Part shown: piece by piece, positions 50,307 to 63,559 of the stretch
How positions within the stretch are numbered: the first letter of the stretch is position 1
How the letters are laid out: the number at the start of each line of letters is the position of its first letter
Source of the DNA: Squalus acanthias
Lineage: Eukaryota
NCBI GenBank assembly: GCA_030390025.1
Contig: CM059433.1
Coordinates: forward strand, 28,150,001 to 28,214,000
Direction: 5' to 3'
Length of the DNA stretch: 64,000 nucleotides
The notes under the pieces: generated by a model
Told to the model about the DNA's origin: nothing
Seen by the model: only the letters and a program-made list of their open reading frames with translations
Databases searched by the model: none
Made by a program: the position numbers and the translations under genes

Positions 50307-52252
50307 GGGGTACGGTGACGTAGTGGTTACATTACTGGACTGCTAATCGGGCCTAAACTAATAATCTAGAGAACGTGAGTTCAAATCCCACAGTGGAAGT
50401 TTGAGAATTGGAATTCAATTTATAAAAAAAAAGAAATCTGGTAATAAAAAGCTGCTGCTGTCAGTAAAAAAAAAAGTGACCATGAAACTATCAGATTGTC
50501 GTTAAAAACCCAACTGGTTCACTAATGTCTTTTTAGGGAAGGAAACCTGCCGTTGTTACCTGGTCTGGCCTATATGTGACTCCAGACCTGCACCACTGTG
50601 GTTGACTCTTAACTGCCCTCTGAAATGGTCTAGCAGGCCGCTCAGTTGTACCAAACCACTACAGAAAAGTACAATAAGAAAACCAGACTGACTACTCGGC
50701 TTCAACCTCGGCATCAGATTTGGACATGACACACCCAGCCCAGTCGACCCTTCAAGGTCCTCCTCACTAACATCTGAGGATTTGTGCCAAAATTGGGAGA
50801 GACCAGTCAAGCAACAGCCTGGCATAGTCATGCTCACAGAATCATACCTTTCAGCCAACATCCCAGACTCCTCCATCACCATCCCTGGGTTAGTCCTATC
50901 CCAACGGCAGGACCGACCCACCAGAGGTACCAAACGCTACAAGAATAAAACCGGACGGACCACTTGGCTTCGACCAAGGCATCGGATTTGGATATGACAA
51001 AGGCATCCCTGGCCCCATGGAAAAATCCCGGGTATGTCCTGTCCACAAAAATCAGGACAAATCCAATCTGGCCAATTACCGCCCCATCAGTCTACTCGAC
51101 CATCAGCAAAGTGATGGAAGGTGTCATCGACTGTGCTATCAAGCAGCATTTACTCAGCAATAACCTGCTCACTGATGCCCAGTTTGGGTTCCGCCAAGAC
51201 CACTCTGCTCTCGACTTCATTACAGCCTTGGTCCAAACATGGACAAATGAGCTGAATTCCAGAGGTGAGGTGAGAGTGACTGCCCTTGACATCAAGGCAG
51301 CATTTGACCGAGTGTGGCATCAAGGACCCTAGTAAAACTGAAGTCAATGGGAATCGGGGGCGGTGGGGGGGGGGAAAACGCTCCACTGGCCGGAGTCATA
51401 CCTAGCTCAAAGGAAGATGGTTGTGGTGGTTGGAGGTCAATCATGACAGCCCCAGGACATCGCTGCAGGAGTTCGTCAGGGGAGTGTCCTAGGCCCAATC
51501 ATCTTCAACTGCTTCATCAATGATCTTCCCGCCAACATAAGGTCAGAAATGGGGATGTTTGCTGATGACTGCACAGTGTTCAGTGCCATTCATAACTCCT
51601 CCGATACTGAAGCAGTCCATGCCTGCATGCAACAAGACCTGGACGACATTCAGGCTTGGGCTGATAAGTGGCAGGTAACATTCATGCCACACAAGTGCCA
51701 GGCAATGACTATCTCCAACAAGCGAGAGTCTATCCACCGCCCCTTGACATTCAACGGCATGCTCGTCGTCGAATCCCCCACCATCAACATTGACCAGAAA
51801 CTTAACTGGACTAGCCACATAAATACTGTGGCAATAAGAGCAGGTTAAAGGCTAGGTATTCTGTGGCGAGTGTCTCACCTCCTGACTCCCCAAAGCCTTT
51901 CTACCATCTACATGGCACAAGTAAGGAGTGTGATGGAATACTCTCCACTTGCCTGGATGAGTGCAGCTCCAACAACACTCCAGAAGCTCGACACCATCCA
52001 GGACAAAGCAGCCCGCTTGATTGGCACCCCATCCACCACCTTAAACATTCACTCCCTCCACCACCGACGTACCGTGGCTGCAGTGTGTACCATCTACAAG
52101 ATTCACTGCAGCAACTCGCCAAGGCTTCTTCGGCAGCACCTCCCAAGCCTGCGACCTCTTCCACCTAGTAGGACAAGGGCAGCAGGTGCATGGGAACACC
52201 ACCACCTCCAAGTTCCCCTCCAAGTCACACACCATCCTGACTTAAAAGTATA
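50307..52252 (+). mobile_element. Family B element, tRNA-headed, internally deleted
   Basis: Head GGGGTACGGTGACGTAGTGG...GTTCAAATCC (50379-50388), start of EN, a jump to RT, MFADD motif. Confidence 0.85.
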
Positions 52253-55200
52253 TGTCCTTTAGGGAAGGAAATCTGCCGTCCTTACCTGGACTGTCCTATA
52301 TGTGACTCCAGACCCACAGCAATGTGGTTGACTCTTAACTTCCCTCTGAAATTGCCTAGCAAGCCACTCGGTTGTAACAAACCGCTACGAAAACAATAAA
52401 AAGAATGAAACCGGACGGACCACCTGGCACCGGCTGCGGACGTAGCAACGGCACACCCAGCCCAGTTGACCCTGGAAAGTCCTCCTCAACAACATCTGGG
52501 GACTTGTGCCAAAATTGGGAGAGCTGTCCCATAGACTAGTCAAGCAACAGCCTGACATAGTCATACTCACAGAATCATACCTTTCAGCCAATGTCCCAAA
52601 CTCTTCCATCACCATTTCATGGTATGTCCTGTCCCACCGGCAGGACAGACCCACCAGGGGTGGCGGCACAGTGGTATACAGTCGGGAAAGAGTGGCCCTG
52701 GGAGTCCTCAAGATTGACTCCGGACCCCATGAAGTCTCATGGCTTCAGATCAAGCATGGGCAAGGAAACCTCCTGCTGATTACCACCTACCGCTCTCCCT
52801 CAGCTGATGAATCAGTACTCCTCCATGTTGAACGCCACTTGGAAGAAGCACTGAGAGCAGCAAGGGCACAGAATGTACGCTGGGTGGGGGACTTCAATGT
52901 CCATCAGCAAGAGTGGCTCGGTAGCACCACTACTGACCGAGCTGGCTGAGCCTGAAGGACCATAACTGCCAGTCTGGGCCTGCGACAGGTGGTGAGAGAA
53001 CCAACACGAGGGAAAAACCTACTTGACCTCGTCCTCACCAATCTACCTGTCGCAGATGCATCTGTCCATGACCATATTGGTAGCATTGTTCACCGCACAG
53101 TCATTGTGGAGATGAAGTCCCGTCTTCACACTGAAGACACCCTCCATCGTGTTGTGTGGCACTACCACCGTGCTAAATGAGATAGATTCAGAATAGATCT
53201 AGCAGCTCAAAATTGGGCATCCATGAGGCGCTGTGGGCCAGCAGCAGCAGCAGAATTGTATTCCACCACAATCTGTAACCTTATGGCCCGGCATATCCCT
53301 CACTCTACCATTACCATTAATCCAGGGGACCAACCCTGGTTCAATAAGGAGTGTAGAAGAGCATGCCAGGAGCAACACCAGGCATAGCTAAAAATGAGGT
53401 GCCAACTTGGGGAAGCTGCAACACAGGGACTACATGCATGCTTAAAAAGCGGAAGCAGCATGCTATAGACAGGGCTAAGTGATCCCACAATCACCGGATC
53501 AGATCAAAGCTCTGTAGTCCTGCCACATCCAGTCGTGAATGATGGTGGACCATTAAACAACTAACTGGAGGAGGAGGCTCCATGAATATACCCATCCTCA
53601 ATGATGATGGAGCCCAGCACGTGAGTGCAAAAGACAAGTCTGAAGCGTTTGCAACCATCTTCAGCCAGAAGTGCCGAGTGGATGATCCATATCGGCCTCC
53701 TCCTGAGGTCCCCACCATCACAGAAGCCAGTCTTCAGCCAATTCGATTCACTCCACGTGATATCAAGAAACGGCTGAGCGCACTAGATACAGCAAAGGCT
53801 ATGGGCCCCGACAAGATCCCGGCTATCGTGCTGAAGACTTGTGCTCCAGAACTGGCCATGCCTTTAGCCAAACTGTTCCAGTGCAGCTACAACACTGGCA
53901 TCTATCCGACAATGTGGAAAACTGCCCAGGTATGTCCTGTCCACAAAAATCCAACCCGACCAATTACCGCCCCATCAGTCTACTCTCAATCATCAGCAAA
54001 GTGATGGAAGGTGTCATTGACAATGCTACCAAGCGGCACTTACTCACCAATAACCTGCTCACTGATGCCCAAATGGGTTCCGCCAAGACCACTCTGCTCT
54101 CGACTTCATTACAGCCTTGGTCCAAACATGGACAAAGGAGCTGAATTCCAGAGGTGAGGTGAGAGTGACTGCACTCGACATCAAGGCAGTATTTGACCGA
54201 GTGTGGCATCAAGGAGCCCTAGTAAAACTGAAGTTAGTGGGAATCGGGGGGGGGAAAACGCTCCACTAGCTGGAGTCATACCTAGCACAAAGGAAGATGG
54301 TTGTAGTGGTTGAAGGTCAATCATCACAGTCCCAGGACATCGTTGCAGGAGTTCCTCAGGGCAGTGTCCTAGGCCCAACCATCTTCAGCTGCTTCATCAA
54401 TGACCTTCCCTCCAACATAAAGTCAGAAATTGGGATGTTTGCGGATGACTGCACAGTGTTCAGTGCCATTCACAACTCCTCAGATAATGAAGCAGTCCAT
54501 GCCCACATGCAACAAGACCTGGACGACCATCAGGCTTGGGCTGATAAGTGGCAGGTAACATTCGCGTCACAGAAGTGCCAGGCAACGACTATCTCCTAAC
54601 CACCTCCCCTTGACATTCAATAGCATTACCATTGCCGAATCCCCCACTATCAATATCCTGGGGGTCACCATTGACCAGAAACTTAACTGGACCAGCCACA
54701 TAAATACTGTGGCAACAAGAGCAGGTCAGAGGGTAGGTATTCTGTGGCGAGTGTCTCACCTCCTGACTCCCCAAAGCCTTTCTACCATCTACAAGGCACA
54801 AGTAAGGAGTGTGATGGAATACTCTCCACTTGCCTGGATGAGTGCAGCTCCAACAACACTCAAGAAGCTCGACACCATCCAGGACAAAGCAGCCCGCTTG
54901 ATTGGCACCCCATCCACCACCTTAAACAATGTTTCTATAGGGCTAGACAGACTGGATGCAGGGAGTATGTTTCCCCTGGCTTGGGGGTCTAGAACGAGGG
55001 GTCACAGTCTCAGGATACGAGGTAGGACATTTAGGACTGAGATGAGGAGAAATTTCTTCACTCAGAGGGTGGTGAACCTGTGGAATTCTCTACCACAGAA
55101 GGCTGTGGTGGACATGTCACTGAATATATTTAAGAAGGAAATAGATAGATTTCTAGACACAAGGCATTAAGGGGTATGGGGAGAGAGCAGGAATATGGTA

Positions 55201-55697
55201 TTGAGATAGAGGATCAGCCATGATCATATGGAATGGTGGAACAGGCTCGAAGGGCCGAATGGCCTACTCTTTTTCTATGTTTCTATGTTCTTCTATTCAC
55301 TCCCTCCACCACCGGCGTACCGTGGCTGCAGTGTGTACCATCTACAAGATGCACTGCAGCAACTCGCCAAGGCTTCTTCAGCAGCACCTCCCAAACCTGC
55401 AACCTCTTCCACCTAGAAGGACAAGGGCAGCAGGCACTTGGGAACACCACCACATCCAAGTTCCCCTCCAAGTCACACACCATCCTGACTTAGAAATATA
55501 TCGCTGATGCTTCATCGTCGCTGAGTCAAAATCCTGGAACTCCCTACCTAACAGCACTGTGGGAGTACCTTCACCACACGGACTGCAGCGGTTCAAGAAG
55601 GTGGCTCACCACCACCTTCTCGAGGGCAATTAGGGATGGGCAATAAATCCTGGCTTTGCCAGCGATGCCCACATCCAATAAACGAATAAAAAAAAAA
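52252..55697 (+). mobile_element. Family B element, nearly complete EN+RT with A-rich tail, carrying a CR1 3' end at about 54929-55294
   Basis: PDIVILTESYL and WVGDFNVH (EN), GVPQGSVLGP and MFADD (RT), multiple stops and frameshifts, ends gaataaaaaaaaaa. Confidence 0.9.
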
Positions 55698-56460
55698 CTT
55701 TTATAAAATGCTGGTTAGGCCTCAGCTGGATTATTGTGTCCAATTCTGGGCACCACACTTCAGGAAGGATGTCAAGGCCTTAGAGAGGATGCAGAAGAGA
55801 TTTTGTAGAATGTTACCAGGATGAGGAACTTCAGTTATGTGGGGAGATTGGAGAAGCTGGGATTGTTCTCTTTACAGTAGAGAACGTTAAGAGGAGATTT
55901 GATAGAGGTGTTCAAAATCATGAAGGGTTTTGATGGAGTAAACAAGGGGAAAACTGTTTCCAGTGGCATAATGGTTGGTAACCAGAGGACACAGATTTAA
56001 GGTAATTGGCAAAAGACATGAGGAAACACCTTTGTACACAGCGAGTTGTTCTGATCTGGAATGCACTTCCTGAAAGGGTGGTGGAAGCAGATTCAATAGT
56101 AACATTCAAAAGGGAATTGGCTAAATACTTGAAGGGAGAAAATTTGCCCAGGTATTGGGAGAGAGTGGGGGAGGTGGACTCGTTGGATAGCTCTACCAAA
56201 GAGCAGGCACGATAGGCCGAATGGCCGCCTTCTGTGTTATAAGATTCTAGGAAACCGCTGTGGTTCAAGAAGGACCACTACCACCTCAAGGCAACTAGGG
56301 GATGGGCAATAGATGCTGGCAAATACCCCAAGAATGAATTTAAAAATAATAAATTTACTTAGAGGGAATCTTGGAACAAAAGTTTCTATTTGTTTCCCGT
56401 TTGTTGTAAAACCTAGTCAACAATTGCTGTTTTGTGTCTTTTTTTTGCATAATCATACAG

Positions 56461-56577
56461 AAACCAAAAGATCACATTGATTGGCAGAAGGAAAGAGTTT
56501 TGTCAACATTGGATCGATTGGCACGTCATGTGGAAGTTGAAAAACAGCTGAAGGAAGAGAAATGCAAAGCTTTTCAA
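56461..56577 (+). CDS. ZNF451: ZNF451 coiled-coil exon
   Basis: atacag|AAA...CAA|gtaagt, 117 bp, phase 0. Encodes KPKDHIDWQKERVLSTLDRLARHVEVEKQLKEEKCKAFQ, compare human KDHIDYQKDKVALTLARLARHVEVEKQQKEEKNRAF. Confidence 0.95.
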
Positions 56578-56627
56578 GTAAGTTGCTGACACAGTAACAC
56601 ATTGATCAAGGTTTTAGAAGTAGTTCT

Positions 56628-57040
56628 CTGTGGGTGTCACTGGCAAGGCCAGCATTTATTGTCCATCCCTAATTACCCTTGAAGGTGGTGGTGAACTGCC
56701 TTACTGAACTACTGCAGTTAGTGTGGTGAAGGTACTCCCCTCAGTGCTGTTAGGCAGCGAGTTCCAGCGACGATGAAGGAACGGCGATATATTTCCCAAG
56801 TCTGTGTGACTTGGAGGGGAACTTTGAGGTGGTGGTGTTCCCATGTGCCTGCTGCCCTTGTCCTTTTAGGTGGTGGAGGTTGCAGATTTAGGAGGTGCTG
56901 TCAAAGAAACGTTGGCGAATTGCTGCAGTGCATCTTGTAGTTAGTACACACTGCACCACAGTGTGTCGGTGGTGGAGGGGATGGATGAGTAGGCTAGTGG
57001 GGATGTCCCGATCAAGCAGACTGCTTTGTCCTGGATGCTG
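56628..57040 (-). mobile_element. Family B 3' fragment
   Basis: Reverse-complement match to 55300-55680. Confidence 0.75.
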
Positions 57041-57497
57041 AGGAAATCTCAACTTGACTATAACTTTGAAGGACAAACATTTACAATAATTTATAAATGC
57101 TAATTGGAGAGGGGCTGCTAGAAACCAAAATAAGATGATTTAGTCCCTGCTTGTAGTTATGCATGTTTTTTTTTGGTGAGTTTTGATTTATTCCAAATGG
57201 GTTAAATGTGGATTTGAGATGCCATTGTGGATAATGAGCTCCAAATATCAAGTAGCAGCAGGTAAATAAGCTTGGATTGCCCACACTTGTGGCTGGGTTC
57301 ATAGTGTGGGATAGACTGCCACCTAGTGCAGAGTAGCTTTAAAAATGGACAGGGTCTTGCTTCATCCTGGAGTGGAGGGATAAGGACGAGGCACAACCTG
57401 GAACAAAACCGAATCAAATAGACTTTGGCATTTAAAAATTAAAGATAAGAAAAAGGATAAGAGTGAGGTCAAGATCATCGATAGTGTTAAAGGTATT

Positions 57498-58222
57498 GGC
57501 CCAGATTTTGCGTTGATAACGGTGAGGCTATCAGCGCTCACCGTTACTATGGAATAAATCGGACTTCCGGAGTCCACATATGCACAGTTAAACGTGGAAA
57601 TCCAGAGGTTGCTGTCAGAGATATCCTGCTCCTCCACAGGCTGCACTGTAACAGTATCTCGCCGATAGACTCGGCATTGAAATCAATATACGGGTGTGAA
57701 GTTTTTGTACTTGCCCACGAGTTATCCACTAAACATGCCAGAAAAAAATTAGGACTGGCGCATTCAGGAGTAAGTGAATTTTTAACTGCGTGATATGTCA
57801 TAATTACTGCCAAACAACCCCTCTGACCCTGAAAATTTAATTTTACAAGTTTGGAGTCTCATCCCTTCATTAAAAATTTTTAAAAAACTTTTTCTGTCTG
57901 TCTCTTTTATCTCCTTTTAATCCTGTCTTTATTTCCCAATTTTATTTGCATTCTGTACATGATTTAAATCTAATTTATACTTCCTGGTTTAGACTCTGCA
58001 TGTCTCAGTGAGGATTTTTTAATATGATTGGTTGAAGTGAAGAGCCTTGCTGTTGCTTTTCCTGCGAGCAGATGCCACAGATTCCCTGTAGAGGGCACCG
58101 CACTGGATCAGATGCCCGATGACAGCAAGTTTACGCTCAAAAACCTGCAAAAACTCTGGGCAGCTGTCAGCGTAGTGAACGACGAGTGCCGTTCCTTTGC
58201 CGCTGACCGCAAAATCCGGGCC
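57498..58222 (-). mobile_element. MITE, second copy with clear TIRs
   Basis: GGCCCAGATTTTGCG ... CGCAAAATCCGGGCC (14/15 inverted match), no transposase ORF. Confidence 0.78.
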
Positions 58223-59749
58223 ACTATAAATACTTTAGGTTCAGATAAAAGTTTTGGAATTAATAAAATAACTGAATAAAAAAATATATAGTTTGAGTAA
58301 TGGAAAACAAGGAATGCAACAAGTTTAAAATGTGAGGAAAATCAGTATCGGGGCAGAAGGGCAGAGTAGCGTCTGTTACCCAAATAAGAGTTCTATATGC
58401 TAATGCACGTAGCATAAGGAATGAAACAAGTGAATTAGAAGTGCAAATCCAGCTTAAAGGTTATGATGTAGTGGTCATCACAGAGACTGGGCTACAAGCT
58501 GGGCATTACTGGGAGACAATAATTTCAGGTGATAAGGTCTTCCGAAAGGTCAGGGAAATTGGAAAAGGAGCAGGAGTCGCAATATTGATAAAGGACATTA
58601 TTACAGCATTAGAAAGAGGGGCTATCAGTATGGGTGAGCAGGCAGCCGGAACTCTCTGGGTAAAATTGAGGAATAGAAAAAGATGCAAGACTTTGGTGGG
58701 AGTTGTGTACAGACTTCCTGATAGCAGTGATGAAGTATTAAACCGAGACTAGAACTCCTCTGACATGCCTAAAGCCAGTATCCACGGTATCTTGACACTG
58801 GCTTGATCTCCTCCTCTGTTTTCAAACATCTGATGAAGGTTTACTCCTTAGGGTGATTGGTGCCCATGGAACCCTGTACCCATATGAGTGTCCTGCTTTA
58901 GGAGAGGAAGGGACAAAATTGGACTGGGGAAATATAGAGGGCACTGATGCAAGTGGTGTATGAAAAAAAGACTTGCATTTATATAGCGCCTGTCATGACC
59001 TCAGGATGTCCCAAAGCACTCCACAGCCAGTGAAGTACTTTTTTTGAATTGTAGTCACTGTTATAACGGAACTATTTTAAGGAAGGGCAGGGGAGTTCTC
59101 CCTGGTGTCCTGGCCAATATTTATCCATCAACCAACATCGCTAAAACAGATTATCTGGTAATTTTCACATTGTTGTTTGTGGGACCTTGCTGTGCCCAAA
59201 TTGACTGCCACGTTTCATACTTCAACAGTGACTACACTTCAAAAGTACTTAATTGGCTATAAAGCGTTATGGGTCGTCCTGAGGTTGTGAAAGGTGCTGT
59301 TTAAATTATCCGCTCCCTTTATCACAGTTCCTCCTATTTCAACTTGGTAGACCTGGAGGTTTGAGAAAAGGTGTTTTTAGCGTTGTTGCGTCGTTAGTGG
59401 ATAAATCCTAAATCGAAACACAAAGACCTGTCTGTATCAGCAACTTGAGATTCATATGAATGAATGCGAACCTGGATTTAGACGTTCGCTGATTTCCTCG
59501 TGGCTCCATAGTGTGCACTGTGGCCCATCAGGACCAAAACCTTGGATACTCATAGACAAAAGAATGTGGAACTTTAATGTGAATAAATGTTAAGTAATGT
59601 GCTGTGACCAAGGTAGGATGAAATGCATGGGTTTCCTTTAGCGAAGGATGCAAAGGAGAGGGTTTGGCTACGTGAACAGAAATTTCATTGAATCAAGTAC
59701 TGGGATGCATCCCAAGACTATTGATTAAACCACATACTGCTTGGATAAT

Positions 59750-61350
59750 AAGAGTCTAAATGGGGTAGAGGAGCAAAGGGGATCTCTGGGTACAGATACA
59801 CAAATCACTAAAAGTAGCGACGTAGCTTAATAGGGCCATTTAAAAAAAAAAGCAAACCAAGCACGGGTTCATTTCTACAGGGGTAGATTGAAAAGCAGTG
59901 ACGTTATGTTAAACTTGTATAGGACCTTAGTTAGACCACATTTGGAGTACTGTGCACAGTTCTGGTCTCCATATTGTAAAAAGGATATCGAGGCACTGGA
60001 GAAGGAGCAAAAATGAATCACAAGAACGATACCAAAACTGAGAGGATACTCTTAGAAGGAAAGGCTGAACAGGTTGGGGCTCTTTTCTCCAGAAAAGAGA
60101 ATGCGGAGGCATAACCTGATAGAGGTCTTTAAAATTTGATAGGGTGGGACCAAAACTAGGGGCCATAAATATAAGATAGTCACCAATAAATCCAATAGGG
60201 AATTCAGGAGAAACTTCTTTACCCAGAGAGTGGTGAGAATGTGGAACTCGCTACCACGGAGTGGTTGAGGTGAATAGCATAGATGCATTTAAGGGGAAGC
60301 TAGATAAATAGATGAGGGAGAAGGGAAGAGAAGGATATGCAGATAGGGTGAGATGAAGAGGGGATCGGAGGAGGCTCATGTGGAGCATAATCACTGTCAT
60401 AGACCAGTTGGGCCGAATGGCCTGTTTCTGCGCTGTAGTCTCTACGTAACTCTTGGTAAGCTGGTATTTCAACTCTCAACTGCTTGGTGAAAGAATACTT
60501 AAACATTGGCAGGGATGACACGAGTGTGGAAATATGCAAGGAGTGCACATTCGCTAAAAGATTTTGGCAAGGCATTTGTAAGAGATCTCGGAAATGGTGC
60601 CGTAATTGCTTTCTGATTGATTTCTGGAAAATAGATACGTAAATAGCATCCGCCTCGCTGCCAGTAAATATCTTGATCGCTGCATGTAATATGGAGATCA
60701 GCTCTATGGCTTTACTGTCTGTATTTAGGCTTGAAGCTCAAGAAATATAAAATTTAAGACTGCATTGTTCCGACTTGCATAGAAATAGGAGTAGGCCATT
60801 CAGCCCCTCTAGCCTGTTCGGCCATTCAATTAGATCAAGGCTGAGCTGTACCTCAACTCCATTTACCCGCCTTTGCTCCATTTCCCTTGATGCACTTGCC
60901 GAACAATATTCTATCAATATCAGTCTGGAAAATGTTCCAGATTAATACTACCCTTTGTGTGGAAAAAGTGCTTCCTGATTTCACTCCTAAATGGCCAGGC
61001 TCTAATTTTAGGATTGTGCCCCCTTGTTCTGGATTCCCCCGCCAGAGGAAATAGTTTCTCTGTAACTACCTTATTGAATCCCTTAATCATTTTAAACAAC
61101 TCAATTAAATCTCCCTTGAACCATCTAAATTCCAAGGAATACGAGCTAAATTTATTCAACCTAGCCTTGTAATTTAACCCCTTCATCCCCGGTATCGTTT
61201 CGGTGAATCTGCGCTGCATCCCCTGCAAGGCCAATATATCCTTCATGAGGTGTGGTGCCCAGAACTGAATGTAGTACTCCAGATAGGGTCTGACCAAGGC
61301 TCTGTACAGCTGAAACATAACTTCCACCCTTTTGTATTCCAGCCCTTTCA
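59750..61350. mobile_element. CR1 3' fragments (plus strand 59750-60445, minus strand 60780-61350)
   Basis: LYRALVRPYLEYYIQFWAP and NFFTQRVVRMWNS motifs. Confidence 0.8.
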
Positions 61351-63559
61351 GATAAAAATCTGTGTTCCTTTTTGATTGCTTAGTTAACCAAATACTTCTA
61401 ACAGTAATTAGTATGATCAAAAGGTTCTACTTCAGAACCTTTCTCCAAAGACTCCTGTGATGGATCAAAGCTCTATCTGTTTAATCAAATAATCACTTTT
61501 TTTTTGGGGGGGGGGGGCGGTGGGTGGAGTAATTAAAGCTATGCCAATATTTTGGCCACTTCAAGTTGGCTATTGCACTGCCAGGAGCACCTTACCTAAT
61601 CTGGAATACAGCTATCTGTACCAGAACTCCTTCATCCCTGGCTCGTGTGGCTATCACTTCGAAGGTGGATGAATCACCTCTATTTCGATGGATTGATTAA
61701 CAAGTGCAAGATGTAGACAATTGATATTAATTGCAGAGCAATAATTGTTTATGCCTGTCCATGGCCTTCGCCAAGGACCTGATGGGACATCCAATTGCAG
61801 TGTCCTGCAAGGTGATCTTCTTGTCTACTTACTGGGGGGCTACTTTGTCGAATTGTGTAAGATACTTTTTTGATTTTCCTTTTGTACCAGCTTAACATCA
61901 AAGGGAAAGACCAAGATGTAACTTTGCATGTAGCACTTGGTTTTTCAGATCTTATTGTACCATTCTATGGGTGGAGGTTAAGAATGGATGGGAAGTTGTT
62001 TTTCTCAAGAGTTTTATTAAGGATATAGATTGTTTGAAATATTGCAGTGTCCTTGACTTTTTTTGAATGAGGCAGAGAGTTTTGAGGTTTTGTGGAATCT
62101 AGGTAAAATTTGCTGTCCTTCTGGGTCATGCATCTCCGATGGCTTTGCACAGAAGGTCAAGTTCTGGTTTGTAGAGGGGCAAAGCCTTGTCTATAGAAGT
62201 GGTGTTTTGAATGGGGCACGAGATGAAAATATAGAGTGTGTAAATCATAACATCACCCTGCAGCCTTGAATAGTTGTGCAATCATTGGCACATTTTATAC
62301 GGACAGTAGTTTTTGATTTGAGCATCAATGTAAATAGAAGAAATGCAGTGTGTGTGGTGTGATTTCTGTGTGGTTGAGATGATGGAAATTTCATTTGTGG
62401 AATGCAGCTGATCATGGCTGGATAGTGTGGATTGTAATATTAGATTGATATCCTGGAATTTCACTGGGCTGGACTATATTCAGGCTCGGATTTCACGGAC
62501 TTCCATCCTGGAAGTTTAACCTACAGTTACCCCTTAGGAGGTTAAATAAATTTAGCAGATTCCACAACAATGCAATTTGTGTGTGTCTAATGGATGGAGA
62601 TTGGCTTGATGAGCCAAATGGGTCTTTTGCACCCTATACGTTGTATTCTGATAAGATCCTGGCCAATGGGGGTCCTATTGTAATATATTCGGAATGCTTA
62701 GCCTGCCATGAAGGGGAGGTTGCTGACGGCTGGCAGATGACCATGTCTCAGTTCCATTCCCGCCCATTGGTAGACTGTTGATTTGTGGGTTCCTTTCATT
62801 GTGATCTGTATCTGGGGGAGATCTGGTGTAGAACAGGCAGTTTGGTAAGCATAATCCTCTTTTGTGTGAGGAACTGAAAGAGCAAACCTTAAATGTGTTA
62901 CAGATGGATAAGCACATTAGTACACCCACCCATTTTACTATTGCGTAACCTGACAGTTTAAGGTATTTGAGTTCATGATCAGCTCCCCGTCATGAGGTCG
63001 AGTAATCAAGACTGATCATTCAATATTTCTTTACAAAAATGCTTGATTGGCCAGACCAATCAGCATCACTAAAACAGATTATCTGGTCATTGATCTCATT
63101 GCTGGTTTTTGGACCTTGCTGTGCGCAAGTTGGCTGCCGCATTTTCCCACATTCCAACAGTGACTATACTTCAAAAATATTTCATTGGCTGTGAAACACT
63201 TTGGGACGTCCTGAGGTTGTGAAAGGCGCTATTTAAATGCAAGTTTGTTCATTCTCCTTTCTTTAAATTGGTGCTCATTAATCATTCTTCTGAGCACATG
63301 TTCTTGGGACAATTGAAAGGGCTACATCTCGTAAAGTGACCATGAGGCCCTTTCACAACAAGTATGGAGGCAGTAACAGCCTAGAATTTGAGTAGGATTA
63401 TATTGCTCTTACTTGGAGCAGTGCTGTATCCCAGCAGCATGAGCTTGAACATGCAGGTAGATATTGGTATTGTGCACAAAGGAATCAAGAGCACAGTGAA
63501 ACTAATGAAACAGACAGGACAGGTAAAACTGTCCTTTTCAGGGACGTGTCCCCCACACT

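Noticed and set aside
61540..62520. Possible ancient retroelement ORF on the minus strand
   Set aside because: Strand-biased composition but no recognisable motif in any frame I read. It needs a translated search.
63420..63465. Next ZNF451 exon (EKIDFQHAHGLQELEF-like)
   Set aside because: The local QQHELEHA similarity is superficial. The true exon is probably downstream of the window.
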